Shown piece after piece: positions 52,801 to 64,000 of a DNA stretch of 64,000 nt. The position numbers were made by a program, and so were the translations under genes. Under the pieces are notes generated by a model. That model saw only the letters and a list, made by a program, of their open reading frames with translations. It had not been told where the DNA came from and made no database searches. Every line of letters begins with the position of its first letter. Position 1 is the first letter of the stretch. The DNA comes from Lingula anatina (taxonomy: Eukaryota; Animalia; Brachiopoda): contig CM120642.1 in assembly GCA_051362555.1 (NCBI GenBank), positions 2,170,001-2,234,000 on the forward strand, written 5' to 3'.

Positions 52801-53194
52801 TTGTTAGCTTGACTACTTAACTTTACTAGGTTGAAAGCAATGCTACAGTGTCAATTTCAAAATATGTTAATACACTAATGAACTAATCTGACTTTGACAA
52901 TATGAAGTTCATAATTTAGCCACTATAGTCAGTCTGAAAATTTAAAATATAGCTCTAATCCTAAATACATTGCATTGGTGGGTCTCGTTGTAAAAAGATA
53001 ATATTTAATCGTTTCCCTGAAACTGACATCCTCTATAAAAGTTACCTGACATGTTCGTGGAGACATCCGCTACACAGACGATGTCCACAGACAGTTTGCC
53101 GTGGCTTCCTCAGCAAAAGATTACACTTCACACAAAGCAGGTGCGACGGTAATTCCGCATCTGGGTCTTCAAGGCTGACTTTGTATCCTTTCAT
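31856..53194 (-). CDS. TNF receptor-associated factor (TRAF2/3-like): RING + TRAF zinc fingers + coiled coil, MATH-less (~367 aa, 7 exons)
   Basis: Exons 53194-53046, 38883-38823, 38577-38473, 36517-36353, 35863-35783, 33442-33356, 32311-31856; GT-AG, phases 2,0,0,0,0,0; 1104 nt open. RING CVKC...QTVCGHRLCSGC...CVVHDC; TRAF hallmark YPDRAVEREVLRLEVVCTNKEDGCPWEGKL; zinc fingers HEAGCEF...CGRC, CEYC...HHLSDCPEFPVECDQC, PCSFAFFGC; Q/E-rich coiled coil ending in TGA. Confidence 0.85.
33640..34215. repeat. Diverged tandem array of ~110-120 bp units (probable HINE-type core repeats)
   Basis: About five copies of CAAGGTCA...CCAATATATGACTTCCT(A/T)TTCAAGTTCA. Confidence 0.7.
34600..35280 (-). mobile_element. 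Possible LINE ORF1-like remnant
   Basis: A-rich minus strand with basic, coiled-coil-like fragments and a motif KGLKFADDVTKRNTELL; many stops. Confidence 0.3.
37500..38390 (+). mobile_element. Possible Penelope-like retroelement remnant
   Basis: GIY-YIG-like fragment NIGKTFQTSIIHLKKH near 37600, plus a degenerate hammerhead-like motif CAGATGA-A-GTCTG...CAGAT-GAAA at 38342-38371. Confidence 0.35.
39269..40928 (+). mobile_element. Tc1/mariner element, full length, with a decayed DD34E transposase (39588-40609)
   Basis: TA flanks; TIRs CAGGGTTACTACTTAATATGGAATATT / AATATTCCATATTAAGTGGTAACCCTG. Frameshifted fragments RPGCPRITPRRQDR, KPLLTAGH, QDDCATPH...WPANSSDMNPIESLW with 34 residues between D and E. 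Confidence 0.93.
44288..45061. mobile_element. Long-TIR MITE
   Basis: Ends CCGGTGTAAC...TGACTCCCC / GGGGAGTCA...GGTACACCGG; internal inverted pair TTTGCAGGTGAAAAT / ATTTTCACCTGCAAA. Confidence 0.7.
45220..45251. repeat. (GA)n microsatellite
   Basis: Direct observation. Confidence 0.9.
46456..51898. mobile_element. CCC...GGG (EnSpm-like) MITE with CAACGTTG subrepeats, interrupted by Academ-like element A
   Basis: Ends CCCAGCGGGCA (46456) and TGCCTGCTGGG (51898), TT on both flanks; CAACGTTG repeats at 46497-46580 and 51764-51880. Confidence 0.7.
46847..51467 (+). mobile_element. Academ-like non-autonomous DNA transposon, copy A (4.6 kb)
   Basis: TAG...CTA termini (TAGTCTATGGGCCAA / TTGGCCCACGGACTA), 3-bp CTA duplication, several-hundred-bp imperfect TIRs built from ~700-bp subrepeats; no transposase ORF. 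Confidence 0.8.
52085..52735 (-). repeat. Duplicate of the TRAF exon-1 5' half, upstream region and Academ-like end
   Basis: Near-identical to ~53136-53785; encodes MNGYKVSLKDPDAELPSHL and then runs into transposon-end sequence at 52024-52088. Confidence 0.9.
52730..52780 (-). pseudogene. Diverged fragment of the TRAF RING exon
   Basis: Translates TV*GHCLCSGCLNEH versus the intact TVCGHRLCSGCLHEH at 53050-53095. Confidence 0.75.
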
Positions 53195-53638
53195 TTTGCA
53201 TGGAATTGAGAAACATAACTAGTCAGTTTTTAAGTTACTGCTATAAATGACTATGGGAAAACACCGACGGAGTTAGGAGTTCGGAGGGGATCTAGCCGCA
53301 TTCCAAAAATATGTAAAAAGATGAAAGCAAAAACAAAGGTAGCACGATAAATAACACACACTGAGCCACAAATACGTGGATACTAAGGTATAAAGTGAAA
53401 TAATGCAAATTTCAAAGATATCACGACATTAATTTTGTTTAACGTTACGGTTTGTGGTATTCGTATTATCAGCCAATCAGAAAACAGCCGTCATGTGCAG
53501 TAAAACCTAACCACGACTAAGTAAAGCCTATGCTGTCGTCTCTTCTTCTGCTACCTTGGTTATGTGTTAGTTTAGCTTTATCTCTGGAGTGTGGGGAAAT
53601 TGGTGGGTGCTTCCAAAGTCAATAAAGTCCGTTTTTAA

Positions 53639-56600
53639 TAGTCCGTGGGCCAAATACCGAAACCCTCCCCCCTTAGTGATTTTCATTCACTATGTTTTTC
53701 TGATAGCTTATAGGCCCTTAGCTTATATTTTCTGCTTGTTTGCCATTAAACTGGTGGTGGGTGTGTGTGCTACAGCCGTTGTCATGGTAACACACGGGTT
53801 AAAAATTGACATTTCTGAGACCAACAAAATCTAAAATATTTCAAATACATAAACTAAATAGAATTCAACATCATTCCAGACATGTAGTCTAAGAAGTGCA
53901 CTATACTAAACGATGAACAAAATTTTCCAAGATGGCGACAGATCCAAGATGGCGGCCAATTTTTGCTGTTTTTTAAGAAATTTTGATAATCTTTAATTTT
54001 TTAATTCTTATTTAATTATAAATGATTTGCAATATCTGAGGTATTTTGATGCACCAGTGTTGCATGGAATCTTTACTTTCTGCCTGTAGTGTTTGTTCAA
54101 GGTGCAATCTTTTTATTGAGATGAAAAATCCTGAAATCCAACATGGCTGCCACAAAACATGTCTTTTACATGTAGCTGCCCTGTCTGGAAATATGACAGA
54201 TTTATCATCCCAAATTAAGTTCTTCATTACTTTTGGTGTACTGAATATAAAAACAGAACCCTTTTCAATTTCTTGACTTAATTTGGATTACAGTATGGCT
54301 TTCTTTTTAACCAGTAGACTAAAATATTACAGCAATATTCCTAATTTCATCTTGAGTTTGGATGAATAATTATGTTTTAATAGTGCTCATCACTACTAGA
54401 TGTGTGGTCATGTAAAATGATAAAAAAGAAATATCAAATGGTCAACAGTAACCGAAGACTAGATAAAAGACATATATATAATACCCCTAATAAATGCAAG
54501 TCACTCACATTTTTCCTAAGAAATCACACAAAGTTTCATGTACATACTAATCACTCACATTTGACATGGAAAAGAATACTTTTGAGTTTAAATACTAATG
54601 TATTCTGTCACATTTGAAAGAAATGGTTGTCAAGGAGTATAGGGGACTATATATATTTATGGTCAATACGATAAACTCTTGCTAAAAATTGATAGAAAAT
54701 TAATTATATTCCAAAAGAATGTTACTTAGATTGATTTTATTAACCTGAACCCCCTTTAGCGACTTTTATTTACTATTATATATAGCTCACATCCTAAGAT
54801 CCCATTTTCTGCTTGTTTTCTATTCTATTAACCCAGCCATTGCCATACTAACTCAGGGGTTCGGAATTGACATTTCTGAGACTAAGAAAATTTCATACAT
54901 TTCAAATATATGAACTTCAACAATAATGTTAACTTATTTAAAATATGAAGACATCTGTAATTGTAAATATGATGGCAAAAAATTCTTTGAACATCCACGA
55001 TGGTGTGATTTTTTTCAAGATGGCAGAAATATTATAAATTGCGGCCAATTGAAGCTGATTTCTAAACCTGTTTCTACTGTTAGTAGCTAATGTTGAAAAT
55101 TTAATAAATTTAATGGGATCGAGAAATGTTAAGTATTTTGATATCCATATGGTACGTATTTAGTCTTTACTTACTACTTATAGTCTTTGTTTTTCCTATA
55201 ATTATCATTTTAAGAAAAAAAAAAAAAAAAACTTGAAATCCAAAATGACCCTAACAAATCCTGGGTGATTTATTTTGGTACATATTGCTGTCCTAACTTC
55301 AAATATTGTACATTTTTCTCCAATATTGCCTTCTTTTTATCTGTATTTATTCTTTTGTTATTGTAATTACCTTTTGATGTATTGAATTTGAATAATATGA
55401 AGCCAAGATCGTGAACATTTGTAATAACTCAATATGGTGTACAAGTATTCAAATTATCATGCGGTAGATGGCTGAAATTATTTGATCATCTCTTACCATC
55501 TATCTATTGGGCAAGTTGAATGACACAAAATAGTCTGATTTTGAGTGAAAGGCAACTAGTTTGCAAATATAAATGGCGATTTTGCATTTCTATACAATTA
55601 TATTTTAAGTAAAGTATTATAAAAAAATTAAATTATATATTCAGTTGAAGTTAGTGGATATATTGTTTTTTTTTCAAAACGTGGATATAATTTTACCTCT
55701 CTAGCAGTTTGAAACTGAGTTATGGCAAAAACATGTAAATGTTTTATTCCATTTATTCATATAGATGAACACCATCTTAGATTGTAACAAAAACCCCGTT
55801 TCAGAGGTAACAGCAAATCTTAGTTGGCTTTCCAGTGAAAATTCGTCATTAAAAAAGACTACAGTCAAGACATTTCATCCATTTCTAAAAAGCCTTAATC
55901 CTAAATATTTAACTAAATATGGACAAGTGTTTCCGTGAAAGCAGTCTAGAAAGGGCATATTTGATTGTAAATAACTACACAAATTTTAGAATTATTTGTT
56001 TGTTGCACTGTTTAATATTATTGCAGCAAAATTCATATCTGCAATGTCATGGCCATTTGTGGCCATGGTGAATTTTGGAATAGCCAAGTAAATATAATTT
56101 GGCCAAAAATTTTTTGAAATTAATTGGCAGTGAAATCTAAATGAATAGAAATGATTTATATTTAGATAATAGCCTAATAGGTTAATTCAGTTTATCAGAA
56201 AGAGCAAAAGAGGCATTTTGAAACAAAAATGTAACATATATTCGGTCAGCACAGCAATATGTATAAACGATGTTTTGTGATGGCCATCATGGATTTCAGG
56301 TTTTATTACACTTAAAAAAGAGGATATAGGAGAAACAATCACTGTAAACAGTAATTATGCAATTCTATTCATATCAGCATATCCAAAAACCTAACATTTT
56401 TCAATTCCAATGCTACTTTAAAAGTTTACAAAAAGCTACTTTCAGTAATAAGAAGAAAATTAACATTAATCTATCGCCATCTTGGATTGGCTACCATTTT
56501 GGCAATTAAACTAATAATTTTAATCAAATAATTTTATTAATAACTGAGGTCTAAGTCTAATTTTTAAAAAAAGTTTTCAATACATCGAGTTCATATATTT

Positions 56601-58025
56601 GAAATACATAGCAATTTAAAGGTCTCAGAAATTATAATTCTAAAACCCCTGTGTTACTATGGCAACAGCTGAATCTATCACACATATCACCTATTATATG
56701 GCAAAAAAGCAGAATATTTGAACTTAGGGCCTAAGCTATCAGCAAATCATAGTAAATAAAAATTGCTAATAGGTCTGAGCTAGCTTGAGCTTATTAAATT
56801 TTATTTTGTATTGGAATAATGTATTATATCAATTCATGTGTGAGCAAATTGGTGGCCATTTTGAATTTTGAAAGTCATAATGCAATCTAAATTAACACAA
56901 GTTATAGAAAAGGGTCTTAGGTCCATATTCAGTACACCTGAAAGTAATAAAGAATGTTATTTGTGATGATTAATGTGGCATCTTTCAAGTTAGGGCAGCC
57001 GTATGTAAAAGACATGTTTTGTGGCAGCCACCTTGGATTTCAGGATTTTACGTCAAAATTAAAAGGTTACATCTTCAACAAGCACTTTAGACAGACAGCA
57101 GAGGCTTTTTGCATTATGGAACATCAAAACACATGCCGCATTGCAATTTCTTAATAAATAAATAAAAACTCAAGTATAAAAAAATCCCAAAATTATTCAA
57201 AATTGAAAAAAAAATTGACAGCCATTTTGAATTTGCTGCCATCTTGGGACATTTTGATGATTGTGAAGTATAGCACACTTCTTAATTTACACATCTGGTA
57301 TAATTGTGAATTCCATGATTTTAAATGCTTTGAAATATTTAATTTTTATTTTTGGTCTCAAAAATATCAGTTTTCAACCCCAGACATTACCATGGCAACA
57401 GCTCTGTTACTCACACTCACCACCAGTTTAATTGCAAACAAGCAGAAAATAAAAGCTAAGGGCTTAACCTACCTAAATCTGGCATCTTTCCAGTTCGGAC
57501 AGCAGAATCCGCAATTTCGGATTTCAGGATTTTACAACAAAATTAAAAGGTTGCATATAAAACAAATACTTTAGGTCACGAGTAGAGGCTGTATGCTATT
57601 CCGTTGCATCAAAACATATCCCACATTCTTATTCCTTAATAATTGAATAAATACTCAAATATAAAAAAATAATTAAAATTGCTCAAAAATTAGCAAAAAT
57701 TGGTCGCCATCTTGAATTTACAGCCATCTTTATAAAAAATTGGAGGATCTTAAAATATAGTGCAGCTCTTGAACTATACATCTGAAATGATTTGAATTCC
57801 ATTTACTTAATACATTTGAATTATTTAATATTTTTTTGTCTGAGAAATGTCAATTTTTAATCTGAGACGTTACCATGGCAACAGCTCTGTTACTCACACT
57901 CACCACCAGTTTAATTGCAAACAAGCAGAAAATAAAAGCTCAGGACCTAAGCTTTCAGAAAAATATAGTGAATGAAAATTACTAAGGGGGGAGGGGGGAG
58001 GGGGTCTACATTGGCCCATAGACTA
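53639..58025 (-). mobile_element. Academ-like non-autonomous DNA transposon, copy B (4.4 kb), inverted relative to A
   Basis: TAGTCCGTGGGCCAA...TTGGCCCATAGACTA with a 3-bp TAA duplication. Reverse complement of 46847-51467 along most of its length; ORF-track pairs 50831/54046, 50880/54012 and 47941/56954 mirror each other. Confidence 0.85.
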
Positions 58026-58831
58026 TAAAAGTATACTTGACGGTTCTCTTACAGTTTGTAGTTCTAATAGACTGTTTCAATCTAGTATAGGCAAATCTGT
58101 GGTTCTGACTGAAAACACGATCATAGGGGTCCGAAGTGCTCTTGTCCTCATTTGGTTGTGTCTTCAGTGGCTAAAGAGTAAATATGTTTTCATGCCTGGT
58201 TTGTTTAACAAATACTTGTGCTCTTAGGATGGCTTCATGCCTTGTCTACGTAGGCTAGAGAATTTGAGCTGATATGATTTTTTTGTAATTAGTTCAACTG
58301 ATAGTGTAACTGTTATATCCTCTCTACCGAAACTTAACATTAAACAACTAATATGCTTTGAGCTAACAAGTTTTTCCAGGGGTGGTCTTAAGATTTTGGA
58401 AAATTAGGACTCAATAATACATTCACAATTCCAGTAAGGAAGAGTTATCACTTTATCATTGGAAAAAAAATTAGGGATACAGTTCCGCAAAATTGTTAGT
58501 TGATAACTAACCTGGTGAAGAAGGGGTAAACCCCTGATCCCCTTCCATTTGACTATGTTTTGTATTACCAGTATGTAGGCCTTATACTTTGAGCGCTGAA
58601 ATGTTTACAAATTACATTTTACAGGCTTTCTACCCTACTTTATATGTTAATTTATGCGAAATACACAGATTGACAAAATAGGCATGAGCACTGTGTTTTG
58701 TGATTAATATGGGTGTTTTCGAAATCACCGTCAACATTAGGTACTGGTGAATATGGTATATTTTACTGCAATACTAAAAGGGCTTCACAAATGAATATTC
58801 TTGTTTTTTTTTCTTGGCACAAGAAAACATA

Positions 58832-60485
58832 CAGACTTAACATTTAATATTGAATATTTAAGTTTCGAAGGCATGCCTAGGTAAAAGTGCGTCCTTTTTT
58901 CAAAAAACTCCGATCTCATATAAGATATATGAACGGAGAAGTGGGTAGTCAGGTGTGTCGCTACTTAACTGACTTCCATGTCTGTTGCGCTGCTGCATTA
59001 TGTAATATGCAGTGGTTTAATTGGTTGGTGCTCCTTTGGGCTGGTCAAAGCTAGGCTTTGGTAAAGCATGGTTCTGTCAAAAAAGATTCCATATGCCGTC
59101 AACTACTGAATAGAAGAATTTGAAATTTTGCATGCAAGCGGTCAGTTTTGCAGTGCGTAAAATGAGCTAAGTAGTGCTATACAATTTTGTTAATCTGTGG
59201 CAGAATGGCGCGAAAAAGACAGACATTGCCAGACAGATTATAGCGCCAAACGGCACGGTCCGCACAGTTTTATAGAGTAATGTCCAGACTGATGTACCTA
59301 CACAGAGGTCACACCCAATGTATCGAAATCTTACCACCAGGGTACAGGACCCACTGTCTTTCGGGATACAATGCAGCAGCTAAACCAAAACCACCCAGTC
59401 TGTTGAGAACGAGGGCCAAATTGCCACCAGAAAGCGTTTTTCAAGGCCCTTAGCGAACACCAAACTGGTTTTAGCAGGTACGAATACCATACGACCTCCG
59501 AGGTTCCCACTGTTAACAGCAAAGCATCGTCGTCTGTTTTTCTAATGAATTGGGGACCATGGCCGTTTCTTGGTAGAACACTGAAACCGCGTGGCTTTCT
59601 TTATTGAGGTCAGATTTCGCCAGCACCGCCCAACTAGTCAAAACGGAGTTTACAGACATCCAGAAGAGGCCTACGACGAAACGTGTGCCGCGTCTAAAAT
59701 GACACGGCCATTGACAGCGTCAGTATTTGGAGTGGATACCACATTGGTGCTAAAACACCAATGGTAGTCATCGACGAAAACCTGCACCAGATCAAATAAA
59801 GGAATAATATGGGAACCACTTGACTATCATTTGATAAGGGGCACCTTATGAACAATTTTAGGTTGCACGGTGAGATTGTCGGTTTACACAGAGCACATTT
59901 AACAGGAGATAACTTACAGAACCAAGGGAATGAGCAGCTACCTTTGTCATCAAAATCGCGATATTTGAACCATATAGACAATAGGTAGACCATTACTCGC
60001 CGAATCAACGGCCTACATGTTCAACAACAAAAGTGGACCAAACTGGACACGTTTTGACCGATGCCTGGAATTTTATTCCAGATAGAACTCTAAAAACAAC
60101 TTTCCCAAGGAATGCCTTGTCACTTGAGAGCGCTGGTAGCAGCCAGAAGAGGTCAGGTGTAACAGCGACCGTTGCTATGACTAGACACTGAAATGAGGGT
60201 CCTTAGTGGAGCGTGTAACTCTTTTACAGACGATAATTTGGAAAATATGGAGATCCAAAATATCGCTTATCATGGATGTCGTATGACATAGAAAAGGCAA
60301 TTTATTTCTGTTTACTTCACTGGCGAATTCAATCAATGAACTGATGTCACCATGAGATTAGAGCGATAATTAAAAGTTATTAAAGCACAATTTTAATCCT
60401 TACTTTTATTTATCAGTCAGCAAAATGGCAAAAAACTGACAAAAAATGATTTGGAAAAAAATATTCCATATAAATTTCAAGTCTG
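58832..60485 (+). mobile_element. Heavily decayed Tc1/mariner element
   Basis: TA flanks; imperfect TIRs CAGACTTAACATTTAATATTGAATATT / AATATTCCATATAAATTTCAAGTCTG. Transposase remnants ~59093-60160 parallel the 39.3-kb element (RIPYDLRGSHC/PLLT, SRYLNHID, QGMPCHLRALVAARRGQ). Confidence 0.75.
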
Positions 60486-60949
60486 TATATTGAAACTAAA
60501 ATTAAGAAATGTTAAGTTTCGACTAATTTGCTGGAAATATTGGTTTTGGATATTTATTTGTATAGACCATAATCCTTTTTGCGCAACGGGAGTTCCAGAG
60601 CAAAATGTGTTAGATGTGTGGTAAGGGTTGTCTTGGTTGACCCATTGACACCGAGAGACACCAAGACAGAGTAGTTAATAAGAAAACCGTTTATCAAACT
60701 GCTGTGGCACTACTAGTGCGCTGGCCAATATGATAAACTAAAAATTATTGACACAAGAATAATGTCAACAGAACAATTTCAATTTTACTCCATTCTGAGA
60801 TTCTGAATATTGACATCTGTGTCAATAGAAACAACACAACTTAAAAAATGACTCATAATGACCCGCTAACGTTGGATATTTTTTCTATTGCGGAACAATT
60901 TGCCGCATACAAATGTTTTATTAGAGAGAAAAGCAAGTAAATTTCAATC

Positions 60950-60951
<2 letters not shown>

Positions 60952-61011
<60 letters not shown>
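60952..61011. repeat. (TA)n microsatellite (a second one at 62622-62682)
   Basis: Direct observation; the two arrays flank the same element. Confidence 0.95.
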
Positions 61012-61014
<3 letters not shown>

Positions 61015-62620
61015 CATTGGTCAAAAAGGTTGTCCCACCCCCAGTCTCGTGTGCTTTTATTTATAAATGATCACATCACAGGAATAAATTGCTATTAATG
61101 GTGATTTCATTCTAGATACCATAATTAACAAGATTAGTGGTACAGAAAATACAAACTAGCGGTTAAGGTATCCATATTTAATACCATTTATTCGTATTTA
61201 TTATATGCATCCCCTCAAATCCTATGTTCCACTGTCATTTCCACGGAGGTAAAGAAATGCCCATTAAATTGAGTTGAGACCATCGCATGTCACCAAATTT
61301 ACAGACATTTAGCATTAGGGTGTGCTAGTTAAAGGTCAGGTGTCTCTAAGCGTGTGTTTACCGCGTACTGTAATTATCTCCTGTAGACGGCGCTACTGCC
61401 TTCAACAAGGGTAACAAATCTGTTTTGTGTGATATTACCCCATGTTTCCTCAAATGCTTGGTGGAATTGGTCCGGACTATTTGGAATTTGGTTCTCCTCT
61501 GGATTGCACACTTTATTTCATGCCACGGGTGCTCATTAGGTTTATTATCTGGATTCAAAGATGGTTTCTACAGCCTCAGAACATTGGGTTTCTGCAACAA
61601 ATCACTCGCCATATGGGACTGTGTGCAAGTGAGCTGTCATGATGAAGCCTGGATCACCCCCGAAGTCCCCTGTTGCAAATGGAATGAAGTATCAGTTGCG
61701 AATGTTAGGTTCAGTGACCCCAGAACTACCAGAACTTGGTCAACCATCAAAAGGAACAAGTTGGTTTTGTTAAAGAATCAAGGTATTTCTTGTATGCCTT
61801 CGATGGTCAAATAAGGGCCCGCAGACATGTTGCAGAATGCCTTTTTGGTAGGTTTGTGCAGGATCACATATCGCCTGAGGGGTCAGGTCAGTCCACGTTC
61901 GGAGAGAATTCCAAGCCCTTGGTTTTAGTGCATTGTTCTGCCGGAAAAGAACGATACTAGGACAATTTACTGGAACATTCTCAACAAATATCTCACTCCA
62001 TTTGCAAGAGGTGACTTCAGGGATACCGCAGGCGTCATTGTGGAAATGCACTTGCTCACAAATCTCGTCTGCTGAGTGATTTGTTGCAGAAACCCATTGT
62101 TCAGAGGATGGAGCAACCTTCTTTGAGCCCTGTTATTAACCTTACTAAACATCTGTGACATGAATTGAAGTGTGAAATGCTAAGGAAAATGTAACTCCTA
62201 ATAATCTGGACCAACTCCCCCAAGCTCTTTCGGAAGAATGGGACATTATCCCATAAAACAGAATTGTTACCCTTGTTGAAGGCAGGCGGCGCCACCTATA
62301 GGAGGTAATAACAGTATGCGGTAAACGCAAACGTTATCAGACAAGGAGCTTTTAACGAGCACGCCCTAATGCAAAATGTGTGAAAATTTGGTGACATTTG
62401 GTGGTGTCATTTAAATTTAATTGACATTTCTTTACCTCTGTGAAAATCGCAGTGAAACGTCGGATTTGAGGGGGTACATATAATAAATGTGAATAAATGG
62501 TCATCTTAATTTTGGTATCTGGAATGACAGTCACTATTTATAACAATCTTCTCCTGTGATGTGATCATTTATAAATAAAAACACATGAAACTGGGGGTGG
62601 GACAACCTTTTTGACCAATG

Positions 62621-62623
<3 letters not shown>
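61012..62623. mobile_element. Palindromic Tc1/mariner derivative
   Basis: TIRs CATTGGTCAAAAAGGTTGTCCCACCCCCAG / CTGGGGGTGGGACAACCTTTTTGACCAATG. Transposase 3' remnants occur on both strands (e.g. NPDNKPNEHPWHEIK on -, 61358-61558). Confidence 0.85.
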
Positions 62624-62686
<63 letters not shown>

Positions 62687-63104
62687 CACATAACACACCT
62701 TGAAAATTACGGGCAAGCCTGTGAACTGATATAAAGATAGCTCATACATGAAGTACCTCGTAGGCTACCTACTTTTGCTTTCAACATTTTCATACTCCAA
62801 AAACAAAAGAAGTGTGATTAAAGGCTAGATGTTCATGTAGCATAGTAGGGCGCAGAAACCACCAAATAATTATCATTGTTGACCATACCTACATATACCT
62901 TCAAATCTACAAATCGATCCCCATGGGCCGCAGATAATTGAATTATGCTTCAATGGCTTTGTAGTGGGTCGCCATATTTGCTTTTCGGACTACTAGTCCC
63001 TTTATTCTGAATGGGGCCCTAGCAAAACCAATATGTGTAATATAAAATAGTTCCCTGAGAGAAGGGTATGTCCCAGAAGTGTGGTGATCAGCTGATGTTG
63101 TATA

Positions 63105-63829
63105 CAACATTGGTCAAAAAGGTTGTCCCACCTTCAGTATCATGTGCTTTTATTTATAAATGATCACATCACAGGTGAATATTGTTATTCATCATGAGAG
63201 CACACTTGCACACAGTTCTCATGTGGTGAGTGATTTGTTGCAGAAACCCCCCCAATGTTCTGAGGCTGGAGAAAGCATCTTTGAGCCCTATTATAAACCT
63301 AACTAAACACCTCTGGCATGTATTGAAGTGTGCAATGCGAAGGAGAACCAAACGCCTAATAATCTGGACCAACTCCCTCAAGCTCTTTTGGAAGAATGGG
63401 ACAATGTCCCATAAAATTGTATTGTTACCCTTGTTGAAGGCAGGCCGCGCCATCTACTGGAGGTAATTACAGTACGCGGTAAACACTAACGTTCTTAGTC
63501 AAGAAGTCTTTAACGAGCACATCCTAATGCTAAATATGTGTAAATTTGATGACATTTGGTGGTTTCATTTCAATTTAATGGACATTCCTTTACCTTTGTG
63601 GAAATGACAGTAAAACATCGGATTTGAGGGGATACATGTAATAAATGTGAATAAATGGTATTAAATATGGAAATCTTAACGGCTAGTTTGTATTTTCTGT
63701 ACCAATCATGTTAGCTGTGGTATCTGGAATTAAAAATCACCATTCATAGCAATTAACTCCTGTGATGTGATGATTTATGAATAAAAGCACACGAAACTGG
63801 GGGTGGGACAACCTTTTTGACCAATGTTG
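63105..63829 (+). mobile_element. Internally deleted Tc1/mariner copy of the same family
   Basis: TA flanks; TIRs CAACATTGGTCAAAAAGGTTGTCCCACC / GGTGGGACAACCTTTTTGACCAATGTTG; remnant LSPIINLTKHLWHVLK. Confidence 0.88.
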
Positions 63830-64000
63830 TAGTTGAGGACTATCTCAGGCCCATCTCCTTGACGCCAATGCTAGTGGGTCGGCCATATTTAACCCTCGGA
63901 CTAGTTAGTCCCCTATTCTGAATGGCCCCATAGATTGCCTGTGCTTCTTAGGAAAAACGGCTTCTCCCACTCTCAGTTACGTACCCGCACCGATGCTCCC

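Noticed and set aside
46847-58025. A single segmental palindrome, or protein-coding genes in the mirrored ORFs
   Set aside because: Each arm has its own TIRs and distinct target duplication. The ORFs are short, lack domains and differ by frameshifts between copies.

Overview
AT-rich, intron-rich animal genomic DNA, probably a mollusc or other lophotrochozoan (inferred from repeat types and gene families). I assembled four spliced gene models by hand with GT-AG junctions and consistent phases. (1) A complete 14-exon ETFDH on + (2247-9874). (2) An 11-exon secreted protein on - (14555-26238) with signal peptide, PAN/apple domain, a Cys-rich module and three tandem CTHRC1-type C-terminal domains, but no collagen repeat. 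(3) A 2-exon, 52-aa secreted Cys/Trp micropeptide on + (27635-28177). (4) A 7-exon TRAF2/3-like gene on - (31856-53194) whose open frame stops before a transposon-disrupted MATH domain, and whose first exon lies between two opposed ~4.5 kb Academ-like elements. A fifth gene starts head-to-head with ETFDH (1904-2011, -); its first exon resembles the Scm3/HJURP CENP-A-binding motif. The rest is mostly transposon-derived: Helentron-like satellite elements, Kolobok, Tc1/mariner, MITEs, an env-like retroelement remnant and microsatellites. Family assignments come from motif recognition, not database searches.
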